DNA of 64,000 nt from Eledone cirrhosa (GCA_964016885.1 OZ024740.1:374294001-374358000), one strand, 5' to 3'; numbered from the stretch's first letter, positions 14,283-28,737 are shown. Notes: a model not told the origin generated them from the sequence alone. Program-made: numbers and translations.

Positions 14283-15399
14283 GGCGTGGGTGTATGTGTG
14301 TGTGTGTATGTGTGTGTGTGTGTGTGTGCACGTGCATGTATGTATGTGCGATATGTAGGGCTGCTTATTTACTAAGAAATATCCTCAAGATTTTGATACA
14401 TTATGTAAAGCGAATATGCACGTTAACTGTATTGAAAGAAATACGGAAAAGGCTCCTTAACTCTGTGTAAAATATGTTTTGTATCAAACTATTTGTAGAA
14501 GCTGCATTCATAAAGGCAGATAACACTAATATCTGCTGTTTATACACCGCTTTGAATTGTTCATAAACTGATTTGCTATTTGCTGAGGCTTGAATTTCAC
14601 TTGTGTAAAGCATATCTAAAGACGATTGTACCGGCCCTTTAGTTAGGATTGTCCGATTGTACTGGTCCTTTAGTTAGGAAAGAGTCTTCGATTTCTCTCA
14701 TCCTTTTTATCCACAATAAAAATATTGTGAGTAGTATGCATTCTATCTAAGATAGAGGTAACTTCAGTGTTGTTATTATCCAATCCATCTGTTTGAGATG
14801 TTGTAATTTCCGGATTTCATAGAAGGAAGATTGATATGAGGATTCCTCAATGTAGACTCATGATATTTCAAAAATGTAACGGGAATTGTATCGAATGCAT
14901 ATGATACTCACAAATCACAGCCCAAGCCTTGAGGTACTTGACATTTATGTACCTAGATTTGATACTTTACTGTTGCTGTTTGCTTGTATACTGAAATACA
15001 CATCGCCGCACCAAATACGGATAATCAGACAACTAAGAAATGGCATGTGATGAAAAGGTGAAACTGGGATAAAAAGAAATGTGTTATTTTAAAATACAAG
15101 ATCTTCACATAATAATCCATCCAATTTGTTTTGATGTTGATTAGGTTGCTGTGTCAGTGTAGTTATGACCGGAAGGGAAGATTGCAAAACCATCACAGTT
15201 GAAATTAAAAAAATATAATTTTAGTTATATTATCCTCAGACGGAGAAACAGAATCGAATCCTATGCTTGTATTTGCACAATGACGTTCATGAAGATTTTT
15301 AAAATATTTCCGAGATACAACCTGTAAAGTCCGGTGATACTTCCATAATTTATTCGAATTTCACAAATCACTAATAAAACAAATCATTTTACGAGGTAC

Positions 15400-16900
15400 A
15401 TAAATGCATATTCAAACGATCCTACACCAGAAAAAAGATTTCAAACCAGCCCATGTACTGGCAATACGATTCAGAATGAAATGATACACCTAGCCGAGGT
15501 GCTTAATGTAGATGAGAGCCTACAATGCCAAGCCCCTACCTACTCAGAATTAGAGAGCATAAGTCCAATATCCTGTCTTACAGTCCCTTCAGGCATATTA
15601 ACCTTAACAAATCCTGTAAGGGAAGATTAATAAGCATATACTCGACTCTATCAACTGCAGCAATATGTGTGCCACATACATTTCACTATAGAACAACATC
15701 TCATTGACGATCAACTTGTTTGATAATGTGTCCAACAAGTGGATCTTTAATTAAACGTAAGTGGACAACATGACACCTATCCCTCTAACACTGATTTCTA
15801 TAGATTTTTGTCACAGTTATACTCCATTCAGGCATAGATGTCTGGAATATCAATCACGCAATTAATTCGAACATGACCTTTGATAACTTCTTGTCTATAT
15901 ATATTGCTTCGATCGAGTTGATCTCAGCAGCCTCATTTACCTACTGCAATTCGACAACATCAGAATGATGTTTATATCTCTCTCTATATATAATGTTAAG
16001 GCGCGTGGCTGAGTGGTAAGAAAATTGGATTCACAATCTTGGGGATGTGAGCTCGAATTCTGGACAGGGCGATGCGTTATGTCCGTGAGTAAGACACTTT
16101 GTTTCACATTGCTCCTTCTACCTGGAGTTGCGACCGATAGATAATATTAGCAATTGGAAAGAACAACGGATACATTTTTTCCTCGGTCCGATTTGACGAA
16201 AGTCGATCGACTGTCGATATAACGTTGTGGCCTAATTCAACAGGAGAGCAGTCAATAGTAGACAACTAGTTCACCAGTAAGAATGAGTACTTACACATAA
16301 CGGTCATTCTGATTCCCTGGAAGTATTTGGAAAATGAATTGTATATGTTATAACCTACCCCAAACAAATTAATGTCCGCTCCATCATTGCCATTTCCTAC
16401 CCTAACAATGTTAGCAAGCTCTTCTCTATAAGCAGAAGTCACATGAGATCCCCAAAGAAATAAATTCAAAGTGATCTACACGTACAAATTCACGTGCTTT
16501 TTTATTCGGATTAATAGATAGAAACTAAAGTGCATTAAGAAACCTTTCTGCAATTGTTTGACCGGTACTACATAATACATAGATTTTGACAACATTCTGA
16601 AACTTACTTTGTGTTACAGAGAAAACATTCTTTTAAAAACCAAGAACGTGAAGGAAATACAACCGACAGCTACTGGATTAATACCTGTTTCATCCAACAT
16701 GCACCAACAGATGTCAATGGAACGTGTATCTGAAACTTTTACATTTTACGTTAGAGTTGTTCTTTAATTCCGATGTGAGAACAAAATTCTATAAAACTTA
16801 GCAAAAACAATAATCGGATTCAGTAATGTATCCACAAATGGATTTCATCCTCTTTCGCAACAGAGTACTTTCAGTCACATGTTTGCATCCTTCTTAATTC
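15400..16900 (+). pseudogene. Highly decayed Penelope-type RT remnant
   Basis: SLTINLFDNV (~15700, like SFDVxSLFTNVP) and IQPTATGL (~16660, like RKPTxTGL). Confidence 0.35.
15998..16215 (+). mobile_element. tRNA-derived CORE-type SINE
   Basis: A-box GGCTGAGTGG, B-box-like GCTCGAATTC, CORE-like TGTCCGTGAGTAAGACACTT; inverted copy at 63085-63297. Confidence 0.8.
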
Positions 16901-19148
16901 GGCACTTACCCATACAGTCTTACACCCTTTCTTTGTGGTTAACGTTGTATTAGTGGTCAACATGATGTGTCGGATTCTATTTATAGTAGTATAATCTGAA
17001 TATTCCTTAAACCTATGGTAGTAGATGTATATTTCCGTCAACACGTTCTTCATGCAATGTTTTTTTCAAAACTTTTGTGGTTCAGTTGTGGCTTTCTCGC
17101 TATCGACTTTCACTTTATGCATTGTATTTTTTCCAAGCCTTTCTTTCTCTTCCATATTGCTGACTGTTTGCTTCAATCATTCCATTATTTGCAATCTGTT
17201 ATTGTCTTTTTATCTTGCCACGGTTAGAATTCTCAGTGGAATAAGCTGATATTCGAATATATTGCGCTCTATATAGCTTAGAAAATTGCATTTAATAATT
17301 ACTTGACACTTGTGATAACTGAACGGCGTTTATTTAGAATTGAATCTGTAAGGCTGCATAGGGATTCGAGGATACTTAACGATAGCGTGGCCGCATACGT
17401 ACAAATACACGAATTGAGTAAGAAAATAGAGGCAGAGGTGGGGATATACCATATTGTATTGAACTGAAACGAACACCCTTGTGTCGATCTTTCCACACAT
17501 AGATATCTGAACGCTGGGACTTGTAGTGTGCGCATACGCAGAGACTGACAAAAAGGTTAATGTGCGAAAATATTCTTATCTGTTGAGAGACAGAAAAGCA
17601 TGGATATATGATCTTGACTTGGACACAAGCCAAGATACTTGCACCCATAATTCCATACACATATGACCATGTCAGTGTGTTGCCGAATTGATTGTTTCAG
17701 TTTTAGTTGTGTCGCGTAAAGTATCGCTTTGAAAAAGTGAATTAATATAACATGTAGCCGAGAGGAATATTTATTCACATTATCATTCTTTCAACCCTTC
17801 TTTATTTGGATTCCATTAATTATTTGAAAATGAATCACAGACAAATAGTTGACTGTAAATGAATTTTTATAATAAGCCGATTTACGAGATGTTATAAACT
17901 GTTCCCAGCTAGAAACACATTTATATGCAAATATACAGCTGCCCATGTTAGCTACCTTTAACATCCCAACTGGGCATTTGTTGATAAAGATTTGGTATGT
18001 TAGAATTCGAAGTCTCTTGAACTAGAAATGATCTGAAAGTAGGACGTTGAAAAATCAGTGAGGAACGATTATATATTAATTTATTTATTAAACATTTTTA
18101 TTTACAGGAATTAATGGTGAATATTCTGGAGAAGATTTGAATCATGAACTTTCACGCAAAATTAAATACACAAAATCTTGAGATTCTACATTCTGTTCAA
18201 AAGGCTGGGAATTAGCTGAGAATGATAAGGATGTCTGATAGAACGCTTTGCAGAATTTGATCCGACATTCTGCGCTCTTTTCAAATCTCACCATCTATCC
18301 AAGGTCAATATGCCTTTCAAAATTTCGAGATCGATAAAAGAAGTTCCAGACCTGTGCTGGAATATATTGTTCTTGTATGATATATCTATTTCTTACATCT
18401 ACTCTTTCATTCTCTATCCTTCTCTAGAAGAAATCATCTGACCTAGATACGTATGGGCTCGGCTAAAATGAACATGTCTATGGGATTAGTGCCTCTATGA
18501 AACCATCAGGAGTCAAGGGTCCTCATATACTTCTTACAAATCAGAGAGGAATATATAAGGAAGCAAGTGAGCTCTATAAAATATGGGAAAATCTGTCATT
18601 ATGAGTAAATAATGTTTGATTTGCAGACGTATATACACTGAATAAAAAACAACAACTCTAACCTCATAAAAAAATAGTAAATCGTTTATCTCTAACGCTT
18701 TTATAAGTATGTTTAAATAGTAACCACATGAGAGAATTGAGCCCATTTTAATTGTCTTCACGAAAGGTTAATGGTTATTTTTAATATATATATTGAATAA
18801 GCTTGCATATGTTTTATCCTATGTATGTACATCTTATGCATTCGTATTTACATAATAAAGTATGCGTGTTTTGAATGTTAATATAATATAAGTATTAAAT
18901 GTATATTTTTCTCTACGTGAAGCAACTTTTGTATAACAGAAAAGAGAAAACGGAGACCGATAGCTATACTTAAATTCATATATATATATATATATATACA
19001 GTATTTTCCGTAGTGTTGTAATATAAATATTACACACAGTAGATGGACAGCTCACGTAGAGTTTGCTCGACGGTTCCAGTTGTAGTTCCAAAAGTAATCC
19101 GGAGAAAAATAGAAGGATTTTAATGGATACAGTTTAGTTAAAAGGAAT

Positions 19149-19269
19149 TTATTGACACGTGTTTCTATAACAGTTACATAACCTGAAAACAGCTGCTATC
19201 TACAAAGTATTAGTTATGCAGACATTCAATATTTCAATGTTATTATCAACTGTCATTTCATCGGAATAA
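19149..19269 (-). ncRNA. Type-I hammerhead with ~90-nt stem II and U4C variant
   Basis: Reverse complement: TTATT CCGATGA aATGACAGTT...AACTGTTATa GAAA CACGTG TC AATAA. Confidence 0.7.
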
Positions 19270-19835
19270 TTTTACTGAGGACCTGTTTGGTTTTTATAGA
19301 GAATATTAGGAGGGAGGGGTGAAGTTGTTAGAAGAATAGTTGAGGGAGTGGTTTTTTGATAGCAGTGAGAATGTTTGGTGGCAGTGAGTAATTAGATTCC
19401 CATCTGTTGTTTTGACCAATATATTATTGGTTATTTTTCTAAATCTATAGAAGGATTAGAGATAGTATAGATATGCGTGGTTGGTTTTGTGTTTGCACTT
19501 AATTAACATTCAGACTTAAATTTTTCTTTCAAGTGTACGTATCCTTTCGCCCACGCATTCGCACACAAACATATATGCACACCTCTACAAAATACATATA
19601 CTCACATACACATACTTACATGCTCATACTTACATACATATACACATGCATACATATATATATACACATATATACATGTACATACATACGCGTTCATGTG
19701 TATACATTTTCATACTCAACTTATCTGTATATACACACGTATAGACACACACATATATACACACATACTCCAGTCTATGTGTACGGTTACTCTCATATTG
19801 GATACCTTTTGATGGTCTTTTACTTCTTCTACAAC

Positions 19836-22229
19836 ATGGATTATTACAACATAACCAATTCAACTAAAGACATTCCTCTACCTGGTAAATCTGAATTCAC
19901 CAAACTTCTTATTGAAAAAACTGACTCCATCGTAAGAAGACTTAGATGGACAGCCTATTTCTATGACCAGCGCCTAAAAGGGAACTTCCATACCAAAGAA
20001 CATAACTTCCTCGATCATCTATTTAATTCTAGACGAAATCCTCCTTCCAACAAAAATCTAGTACAATTCGAGGAAGAATTAACTAAAATAATAAAAAATC
20101 TTAAATTCAAGAGATACCCTTACAAAGGACAAGAGCACCTTGTAAATCTCAAGAACACAATTTCTAACCTAAATTCCTCAAAAAATGTTTTAGTCCACTC
20201 TGACAAAACCAATAACTTATATGGTATTTTCAAGGATAATTATAACAACCTTATCCTAAAGGAACTTAGGAAAAAGTATCGTAAAACCAACCATGAAAAT
20301 GTAGAATACATAAACCTTGAAGCCTCTGAGATTATGTCAAAACTTGGCATTGAAAAAAAGACCGAACCATTCCTCCCAAGAACTCCGAGGATAAATCTCA
20401 AGGATCACAAAAACAATTTTCGCACTGAACTACCTGTTAGATTAATCGCCCCCTCTAAATCTGATCTGGGGGTTGTTAGTAAAGCCATCTTGGATAGAAT
20501 TATCCCACAGGTTAGTTCTAATTGCTCTTCTTTGAACCTAAATTTATGGTTTGGTACTTCTGAAGTGATTGGCTGGTTCAACAAATTGGATAATAAAAAC
20601 AAACTAAAATTTATTCAATTTGATATTGCCAGCTACTATTCCTCCATTTCGCCTTCACTTCTCAATAATGCTCTATCTTTCGCACTTAAATATTCTGACA
20701 TCACCACAGATGAACTTCACATCATCCTCACCGCACGTAAAACCATCCTAGAGTTCAACAACGAATATTGGACCAGAGCCGATACCTCTAACAACTTTGA
20801 CATCACAATGGGAGCATCCGATTCATCCCAATTGACTGATTTAATTGGTATCTTTATTTTGAACTCTTTGAGTCGGAAAATTCCTCAACTTCGCGGTGGA
20901 ATTTATCGTGACGATGGACTCTTCACTATCTTAAATTGCAATATAGTTAACCTTAATATTATTAAGAACAATATACGTAATCTCTTTAACCAACATAACC
21001 TAAAAATTGAATTTGATAATAGTATCAAACTAGCTAATTTCTTGGATGTATCTCTTAATCTTGACACTGGCCTATATTACCCTTACCATAAAAACAATGA
21101 GAACCTAAATTATGTTAACTTTAAATCTAACCATCCTACCAATATCAAGAATGCTATAGTTAGTAATATTGGAAAAAGAATATCTAACATATCTTCTAAT
21201 AAAAACATCTTTGATGCTAACGCCAATTACTATAATAACGCACTTTCTAAAGCCGGCTATCCAGATAAAATCAAATATAGTAAAGAAACAAATTCTAGAA
21301 AAACTTACAATAGAATAATTAATCATGATCATTCCAATAATTTTAATAAAAGACCTAGATACAAAAACATAATCTGGTATAATGCTCCTTTCTCCATCTC
21401 TATTAATAACAATATTCCTAAATTATTTTTTAGTGCCTTAAATAAATGCTTCCCTCCCTCACATATCTATAGTAAAATATTTAACAAACACACCATCAAA
21501 TTTTCTTATTCTACATCCTCCAATATTTTCAACATCATCTCTAAACACAACAATAAAATACTAAATACTAAATCTCTTCCTTCCAACATTGAATTTCATA
21601 ATAACAGTAATAGTACTCCCGACGTCATTGTAAACCCTAGGCTAACTTCTGTAAACCCAAATACAACGTCAAACACAACTTCGCTAAATGTTCATAATCC
21701 AACTCTAAATCAAGAAACTATTATTCCTATCGCAAACAACTTCTCCAATCCAATTCCTTCTATAGATAACACTAGGTCACTCATTAATAATCTCTCTAAT
21801 TGCAACTGCCGCATTAAAAATAAATGTCCTCTCAACAACCATTGTCTTGATAAAAACTTAATTTATGAATGTAAAGTTATAACTAGCACCAATTCCTTCA
21901 CCTATTTTGGCTCCACTTCCACCTCTTTTAAAGCTCGTCTCTATAATCACCATTCATCTTTCAAATACAAACTTAAAAGAACCAACACGGCTCTCTCAGA
22001 ACTCATATGGTCCTTGAAAGACAAAAACATTAAATATACCATCTTTTGGAAGAAGGTTTCTTCTGCATCCTCATTCTTGAACAGCTCTCTATCTAAAATC
22101 TGTAATCTCTGCCTAAATGAAAAATTTACCATTATCTCTAATCTAGATTCTATAATAAATAGACGTACAGATTTGTTTTCTATCTGCCTGCATAAATTCC
22201 ATAGGACTTTTCACAAAGTATACAGTTAA
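19836..22229 (+). CDS. Penelope-like (Naiad-type) reverse transcriptase + GIY-YIG endonuclease, 797 aa, uninterrupted
   Basis: STKDIPLP N-terminus, SDKT, QFDIASYY, MGASDS, GIYRDDGL, FLDV, SNHP; CNC..CPL..CL, LIY..YFG..FKAR..NH, CNLCLNEK, INRR..CLH. The ATG at 19836 is preferred over the GTG start at 19533. Confidence 0.95.
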   Translation: MDYYNITNSTKDIPLPGKSEFTKLLIEKTDSIVRRLRWTAYFYDQRLKGNFHTKEHNFLDHLFNSRRNPPSNKNLVQFEEELTKIIKNLKFKRYPYKGQEHLVNLKNTISNLNSSKNVLVHSDKTNNLYGIFKDNYNNLILKELRKKYRKTNHENVEYINLEASEIMSKLGIEKKTEPFLPRTPRINLKDHKNNFRTELPVRLIAPSKSDLGVVSKAILDRIIPQVSSNCSSLNLNLWFGTSEVIGWFNKLDNKNKLKFIQFDIASYYSSISPSLLNNALSFALKYSDITTDELHIILTARKTILEFNNEYWTRADTSNNFDITMGASDSSQLTDLIGIFILNSLSRKIPQLRGGIYRDDGLFTILNCNIVNLNIIKNNIRNLFNQHNLKIEFDNSIKLANFLDVSLNLDTGLYYPYHKNNENLNYVNFKSNHPTNIKNAIVSNIGKRISNISSNKNIFDANANYYNNALSKAGYPDKIKYSKETNSRKTYNRIINHDHSNNFNKRPRYKNIIWYNAPFSISINNNIPKLFFSALNKCFPPSHIYSKIFNKHTIKFSYSTSSNIFNIISKHNNKILNTKSLPSNIEFHNNSNSTPDVIVNPRLTSVNPNTTSNTTSLNVHNPTLNQETIIPIANNFSNPIPSIDNTRSLINNLSNCNCRIKNKCPLNNHCLDKNLIYECKVITSTNSFTYFGSTSTSFKARLYNHHSSFKYKLKRTNTALSELIWSLKDKNIKYTIFWKKVSSASSFLNSSLSKICNLCLNEKFTIISNLDSIINRRTDLFSICLHKFHRTFHKVYS

Positions 22230-23283
22230 TATTCAATTCTTTATCAATTTAGAATCTTTTTCTCAAAGGCACATATACATACACCTCTTTAAAATATACC
22301 CATCTTCCTACCTTACTTTAAAGGGCATTATACACTCTATAATACTTGTTTACTCATTACCCTCTTTCTATCTTCACCTTGAAAAATCCTTCATAACATA
22401 TACATTTGTTTTTTTGACGTTAGAATATTCATCCGCAATCATTATTATTTTTTCTCTCTATCATAAAACTTTTTAATCTCAATTTCATCCTTAATTTATT
22501 TTTTTTTTCTCCCCATCAACGAACTCATTCTTAATACATATTAACTCGTTCTTCGCACATATTATCAATTCCTTCAATATACAAACTTTAACTTCACATT
22601 ATTTTTCTCAAATCCTTCTACACACAAACCTTAATAATTTTTTCTCTTCGTTAATTTTGAAATTGCCACAATACTTATCAACATACACCTTTTTCAAGTT
22701 AGAATATTCATCCACAATTATTTTTTTTTTCTCTCTATCTTCATACATAAACTCCCTCTCTTTCCTCGCAAATATTTTTCCCTTCGCTAATTTTCAAATT
22801 CTTTTAATTTATACATTATCTTCCAACGGTTCTCAACCTCTCTATGTAAAACAATATATCTTTTCTCAGTTATAAAAACTATCTCTTTCTCTCTATCACC
22901 CATCTCTCCCTCTCCACCTTCACTCTCATCTCCTCCCCCTTTTTTCATCCTTTCCACCCCCCTCACTAAATAAAATATTTTTTCCTCGTACATATCTTTC
23001 CCTTCGTTAATTTTCAAATTCTTTTAATTTATACATTATCTTCCAACGGTTTTCAACCTCTCTATGTAAAACAATATATCTTCTCTCAGTTATAAAAACT
23101 ATCTCTTTCTGTCTATCACCCATCTCTCCCTCTCATCTCCTCCCCTTTTTCATCCTTTCCACCCCCCTCTCTAAATAAAATATTTTTCCCAATATCACAC
23201 ATCAATCTAAAACCACTTTTCATATGTTGATTTAAAACTGCACTATCCACAAGTGTTTTTTAGCCTTCATATCATGTTCTCCT

Positions 23284-23352
23284 GTTTTATCTGATGAAAA
23301 CACAAATAGTATTGCATGATGATGTTTGTTTTTGAAATGCGCATAATAAAAT
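23284..23352 (+). ncRNA. Type-I hammerhead ribozyme of the PLE pLTR
   Basis: TTTTAT CTGATGA AAACACAAAT...ATGTTTGTTTTT GAAA TGCGCA TA ATAAAA; predicted cut after 23345. Confidence 0.9.
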
Positions 23353-23479
23353 ACATGGAACTCCTTTAACCATCTTTTGATCTGATATTATGTATACTCC
23401 AGTCCTACAAACTTTAGAGTGCTTCTTATCCGATATCTGCATTGCTTTATTGTACTACAATAAAACTCACCTCCTACAT

Positions 23480-23510
<31 letters not shown>

Positions 23511-23552
23511 GTAGATACATACACCTACACATATACACACAAATATATATAT

Positions 23553-23649
<97 letters not shown>

Positions 23650-23650
23650 T

Positions 23651-24339
23651 ATCTACGTGATATCTAATGTTTTGCAAAGTGAAACTGTACAGTTAGGGCC
23701 ATTTGAATAGGTAAATATTTATATTATATTTTTTAATTTTGATTAATTTTAATTGTATATTAAGTTTGATTTATTTTGAAAAATTGGTTGAATTTTACTT
23801 CTTCTGCTTATCTTGATATTAAGTTCTGGTATATCAAATTATTACCATAGAACCACCTTAAATCATAGACACACTATATATTTCCGGGGGTACATTGTAC
23901 ACTCAGAGTGTATATATTAACCTATTCAATATTCTCCAGTAAGTAGAGAAAAATCTTGTCGTTCTATTTAGTTACTAAAAATCTTTTTTGGTACCGATCA
24001 TAGACGGCTAGTCTATGATTTCCCGCCTTCACTATACACCAACGTATTTATGGGTCACTTTCACGACCTTTCAGACCTGTATTAGTTGGAGTGAGGTCAT
24101 ATATTTTGTTGTTCCTGGGGTTTTTGACCGTAGGATAGGAAAATGTGTCTCTGATGATCTTTGATTTTCCATTAATATCTACGTGATATCTAATGTTTTG
24201 CAAAGTGAAACTGTACAGTTAGGGCCATTTAAATAGGTAAATATTTATATTATATTTTTTAATTTTGATTAATTTTAATTGTATATTAATTTTGATTTAT
24301 TTTGAAAAATTGGTTGAATTTTACTTGTTCTGCTTATCT

Positions 24340-24343
<4 letters not shown>
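23651..24343 (+). mobile_element. Non-coding 526-nt HHR unit in partial tandem (putative retrozyme or non-autonomous PLE)
   Basis: 23651-23817 recurs at 24177-24343; embedded in (TA)n. Confidence 0.75.
24141..24230 (+). ncRNA. Type-I hammerhead ribozyme
   Basis: aaatgtgtct CTGATGA tCTTTG...CAAAGt GAAA CTGTACAG TT agggccattt. Confidence 0.8.
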
Positions 24344-24420
<77 letters not shown>

Positions 24421-24575
24421 CACACATACATATACACACACACATACATACACACATATATATATATATATATACACACATATATATATACACATATACA
24501 CACACACATACACACATATACATACATATATATGTATATATATACATATATATACACATATACACATATTTACAT

Positions 24576-24644
<69 letters not shown>

Positions 24645-24649
24645 TATAT

Positions 24650-24729
24650 AAATGATAAATAAATAAATATATACGCACACAGATAGAGAACCACACAAAC
24701 ACATACACACAAATACCCAGACACACACA

Positions 24730-24823
<94 letters not shown>

Positions 24824-24972
24824 TACCTACACACACACATATAGACACACATACACACACATATATACATATATATACATAAACACATATATAAACATAT
24901 ATATATACATACATACATACACATACATACATATATATATATATATATACACATATATATATATATATATAC

Positions 24973-25028
<56 letters not shown>

Positions 25029-25889
25029 ACATATACATGTGCACACATACACATACATACACATACATAGACATAGACATACATATACACACATACACAC
25101 ACATATATACACATACAAATAAATAAGTACTCAATAAATATACGCATATACACAGGCACATAAAAACAGCTCTACAGGCAGAAAATGTAGATAGGTAAGA
25201 GGTACTCACGTAACCATAGTGGCCGTATTTCAGGTTGAGGAGGGGTGGGGGTAGGGTGGGAAGGAAGTATAGGGTCCAATAGGAGGAGGTCGTTTTTAGC
25301 CATCGGACTTTAACACTGGCTTAAAGTGTTTGAAAGTTGCAAAGTTCTTGTGCATGCAGTTCGGGCAGTGTTCAGAGAGTTTGTTCAGTTACGGGCACTT
25401 GGCGAATAACATTTCGTAGCTCTCTGAGATACAAAGGTCGCAGCCCTTGTGTCCTCCGTTGTAAAAGCGCGCTTTCTGGAGTATTTTCCATTTAAGCGAT
25501 GAAGGGGGTGGAGTTCCTTTTGAGGTCCCAATCATAGGAGGCGAGTGTTGTCTGGTTTGATTTGTCCGGTCTCCTGAAGGAGTGGGTATGGGCATACCAA
25601 CGGGTCTTAAAGTTGTTGGAGGTCATGCCGATGTAAGTTTTTTTGCAATCATCGGTGCCTGAGATGACATCGCATTTGTATACGATATCATTTGTGAGGC
25701 ATTTGTTTTCAAGTGGGCATGCTTCCTTATTCAGGCAATTACACAGAGCCCCAGTCCGGGGATTGGGTTCGGAGGTGGTTGGCTTATTTATTTTTTTGTA
25801 TTGTGGTTGGCTATATTCCTAGCTAGGTTAGGTGTGGTGGAGTAGGAGAGTCTTATTGTGTTCTTATTAAAGATGGTGTGGTACCTATG
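24650..25889 (-). mobile_element. 5'-truncated Naiad-type PLE (GIY-YIG region + 3' UTR), left arm of an inverted pair
   Basis: Reverse strand: HRYHTIFNKNTIRLSYST...CNCLNKEACPL...YIGMTSNNFKTR...CDLCISE, with frameshifts. Confidence 0.88.
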
Positions 25890-26549
25890 TAAGCCAACCA
25901 CCTCCGAACCCATCTCCGGACTGGGGCTCTGTGTAATTGCCTAAATAAGGAAGCATGCCCACTTGAAAACAAATACGTCAGAAATGATATCGTATACAAA
26001 TGCGATGTCATCTCAGGCACTGATGATTGCAAAAAAATTACATAGGCATGACCTCCAACAACTTTAAGACCCGTTGGTATGCCCATACCCACTCCTCCAG
26101 AAGACCGGACAAAGCAAACCAGACAACACTCGCCTCCTATGTTTGGGACCTCAAAAGGAACTCCACCCCTTCACGCTTAAATGGAAAATACTCCAGGAAG
26201 CGCGCTCTTACGACGGAGGACGCAAGGGTTGCGACCTTTGTATCTCGGAGAGCTACGAAATTTGATTCGCCAAGGGCCCGCTACTGAACAAACTCTCTGA
26301 ACACTGTCCGAACTGCATGCACAAGAACTTTGCAACTTTCAAACACTTTAAGCCAGTGTTAAAGCCCGATGGCTAAAAACGACCTCCTCATATTGGCCTC
26401 TATACCTCCTTCCCACCCTACACCCACCCCTCCTCAACCTGAAATACGGCCACTATGGTTATGTTAGTACCTCTTACCTATCTACATTTTCTGCCTGTAG
26501 AGCTGTTTTTATGTGCCTGTGTATATGCGTATATTTATTGAGTACTTAT

Positions 26550-27900
<1,351 letters not shown>

Positions 27901-27992
27901 TACATTATATATCCTAGAAACGATCGTTAAATAATGAACTTTTTTTGTTTAATATAAGGAACTGTTTCATTGTTTTATTCATTATTTGTTTA

Positions 27993-28030
<38 letters not shown>

Positions 28031-28562
28031 TATTTATATGTGTATGTGTGTATATGTGTATATGTGTATGTGTATGTGTGTTTATGGGTGCGCGCGAGGG
28101 TGTGAGTGAGTGTGTTTTGTGAATGTGTCTGTTGAATTTTGGCATATAGTTGAATAGTTTAAGAGAAACTTGAAGATAATTGTAAGATATGCACTCAATA
28201 TTTTGAATTTGTCTACAGAATTCTCTAAACCTTTGTCACTTAGTAGAACCTTAAAGAATTTAGCTTTTAAAGAATCTCCCTTTCCTTTAAATCTATCTAC
28301 CATGACTGACCCCCACTGATCTTATAGACACCTGTTAGCTTAAGAGAAACTTAATAATAAGGAGTGGCATGCCATCCTGAACCTGTTTATATAATTCTTT
28401 CTGGCTTTGTTACTCTAAAAATAAAAATAACCTATAGCTTTGTAGAATTAACTTTTAATGAATTCCCTTTTCTATCAACCAATGACCTACACCCATCCCA
28501 CTCCCCACCCTCTCCTACCACTTGTAGAGACCTATAAATACCATAATTACTTTTTGATACCC

Positions 28563-28613
28563 AGATTCCTGATGATTTCTAAAGAATGAAACAGTTCTAG
28601 TCCTGTAGAATCT
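28563..28613 (+). ncRNA. Type-I hammerhead ribozyme with a true hairpin stem III
   Basis: AGATTC CTGATGA tTTC taaa GAAt GAAA CAG ttctagtc CTG TA GAATCT. Confidence 0.85.
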
Positions 28614-28695
28614 CATCTATATTAAAACTTTTATGCTCTGCAATGTATTGAGTACTTTACTTACTTTGCTTACCTCCGATTCAACCCGGAATAAC

Positions 28696-28734
<39 letters not shown>

Positions 28735-28737
<3 letters not shown>

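Larger units (their letters stand above)
19750..23480 (+). mobile_element. Near full-length Naiad-type PLE: ORF, long pyrimidine-rich 3' UTR (internal ~220-bp duplication 22777/22997) and pLTR
   Basis: ORF above; the pLTR matches 645-903 and 46540-46710; ends in (TA)n. Confidence 0.88.

Noticed and set aside
15998-16070. tRNA gene (also 63225-63297 and other SINE heads)
   Set aside because: A/B boxes are present but there is no complete cloverleaf, and they are fused to SINE bodies
19533-19835. N-terminal 101 aa of the 898-aa ORF call
   Set aside because: GTG start and microsatellite-like sequence; homology to Naiad proteins begins at ATG 19836
26263-26265. In-frame TGA as selenocysteine (some Naiad PLEs are reported to be selenoproteins)
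   Set aside because: It aligns to a Leu codon in the inverted sister copy, not to a Cys ligand; the copy is frameshifted; the intact ORF has no internal TGA
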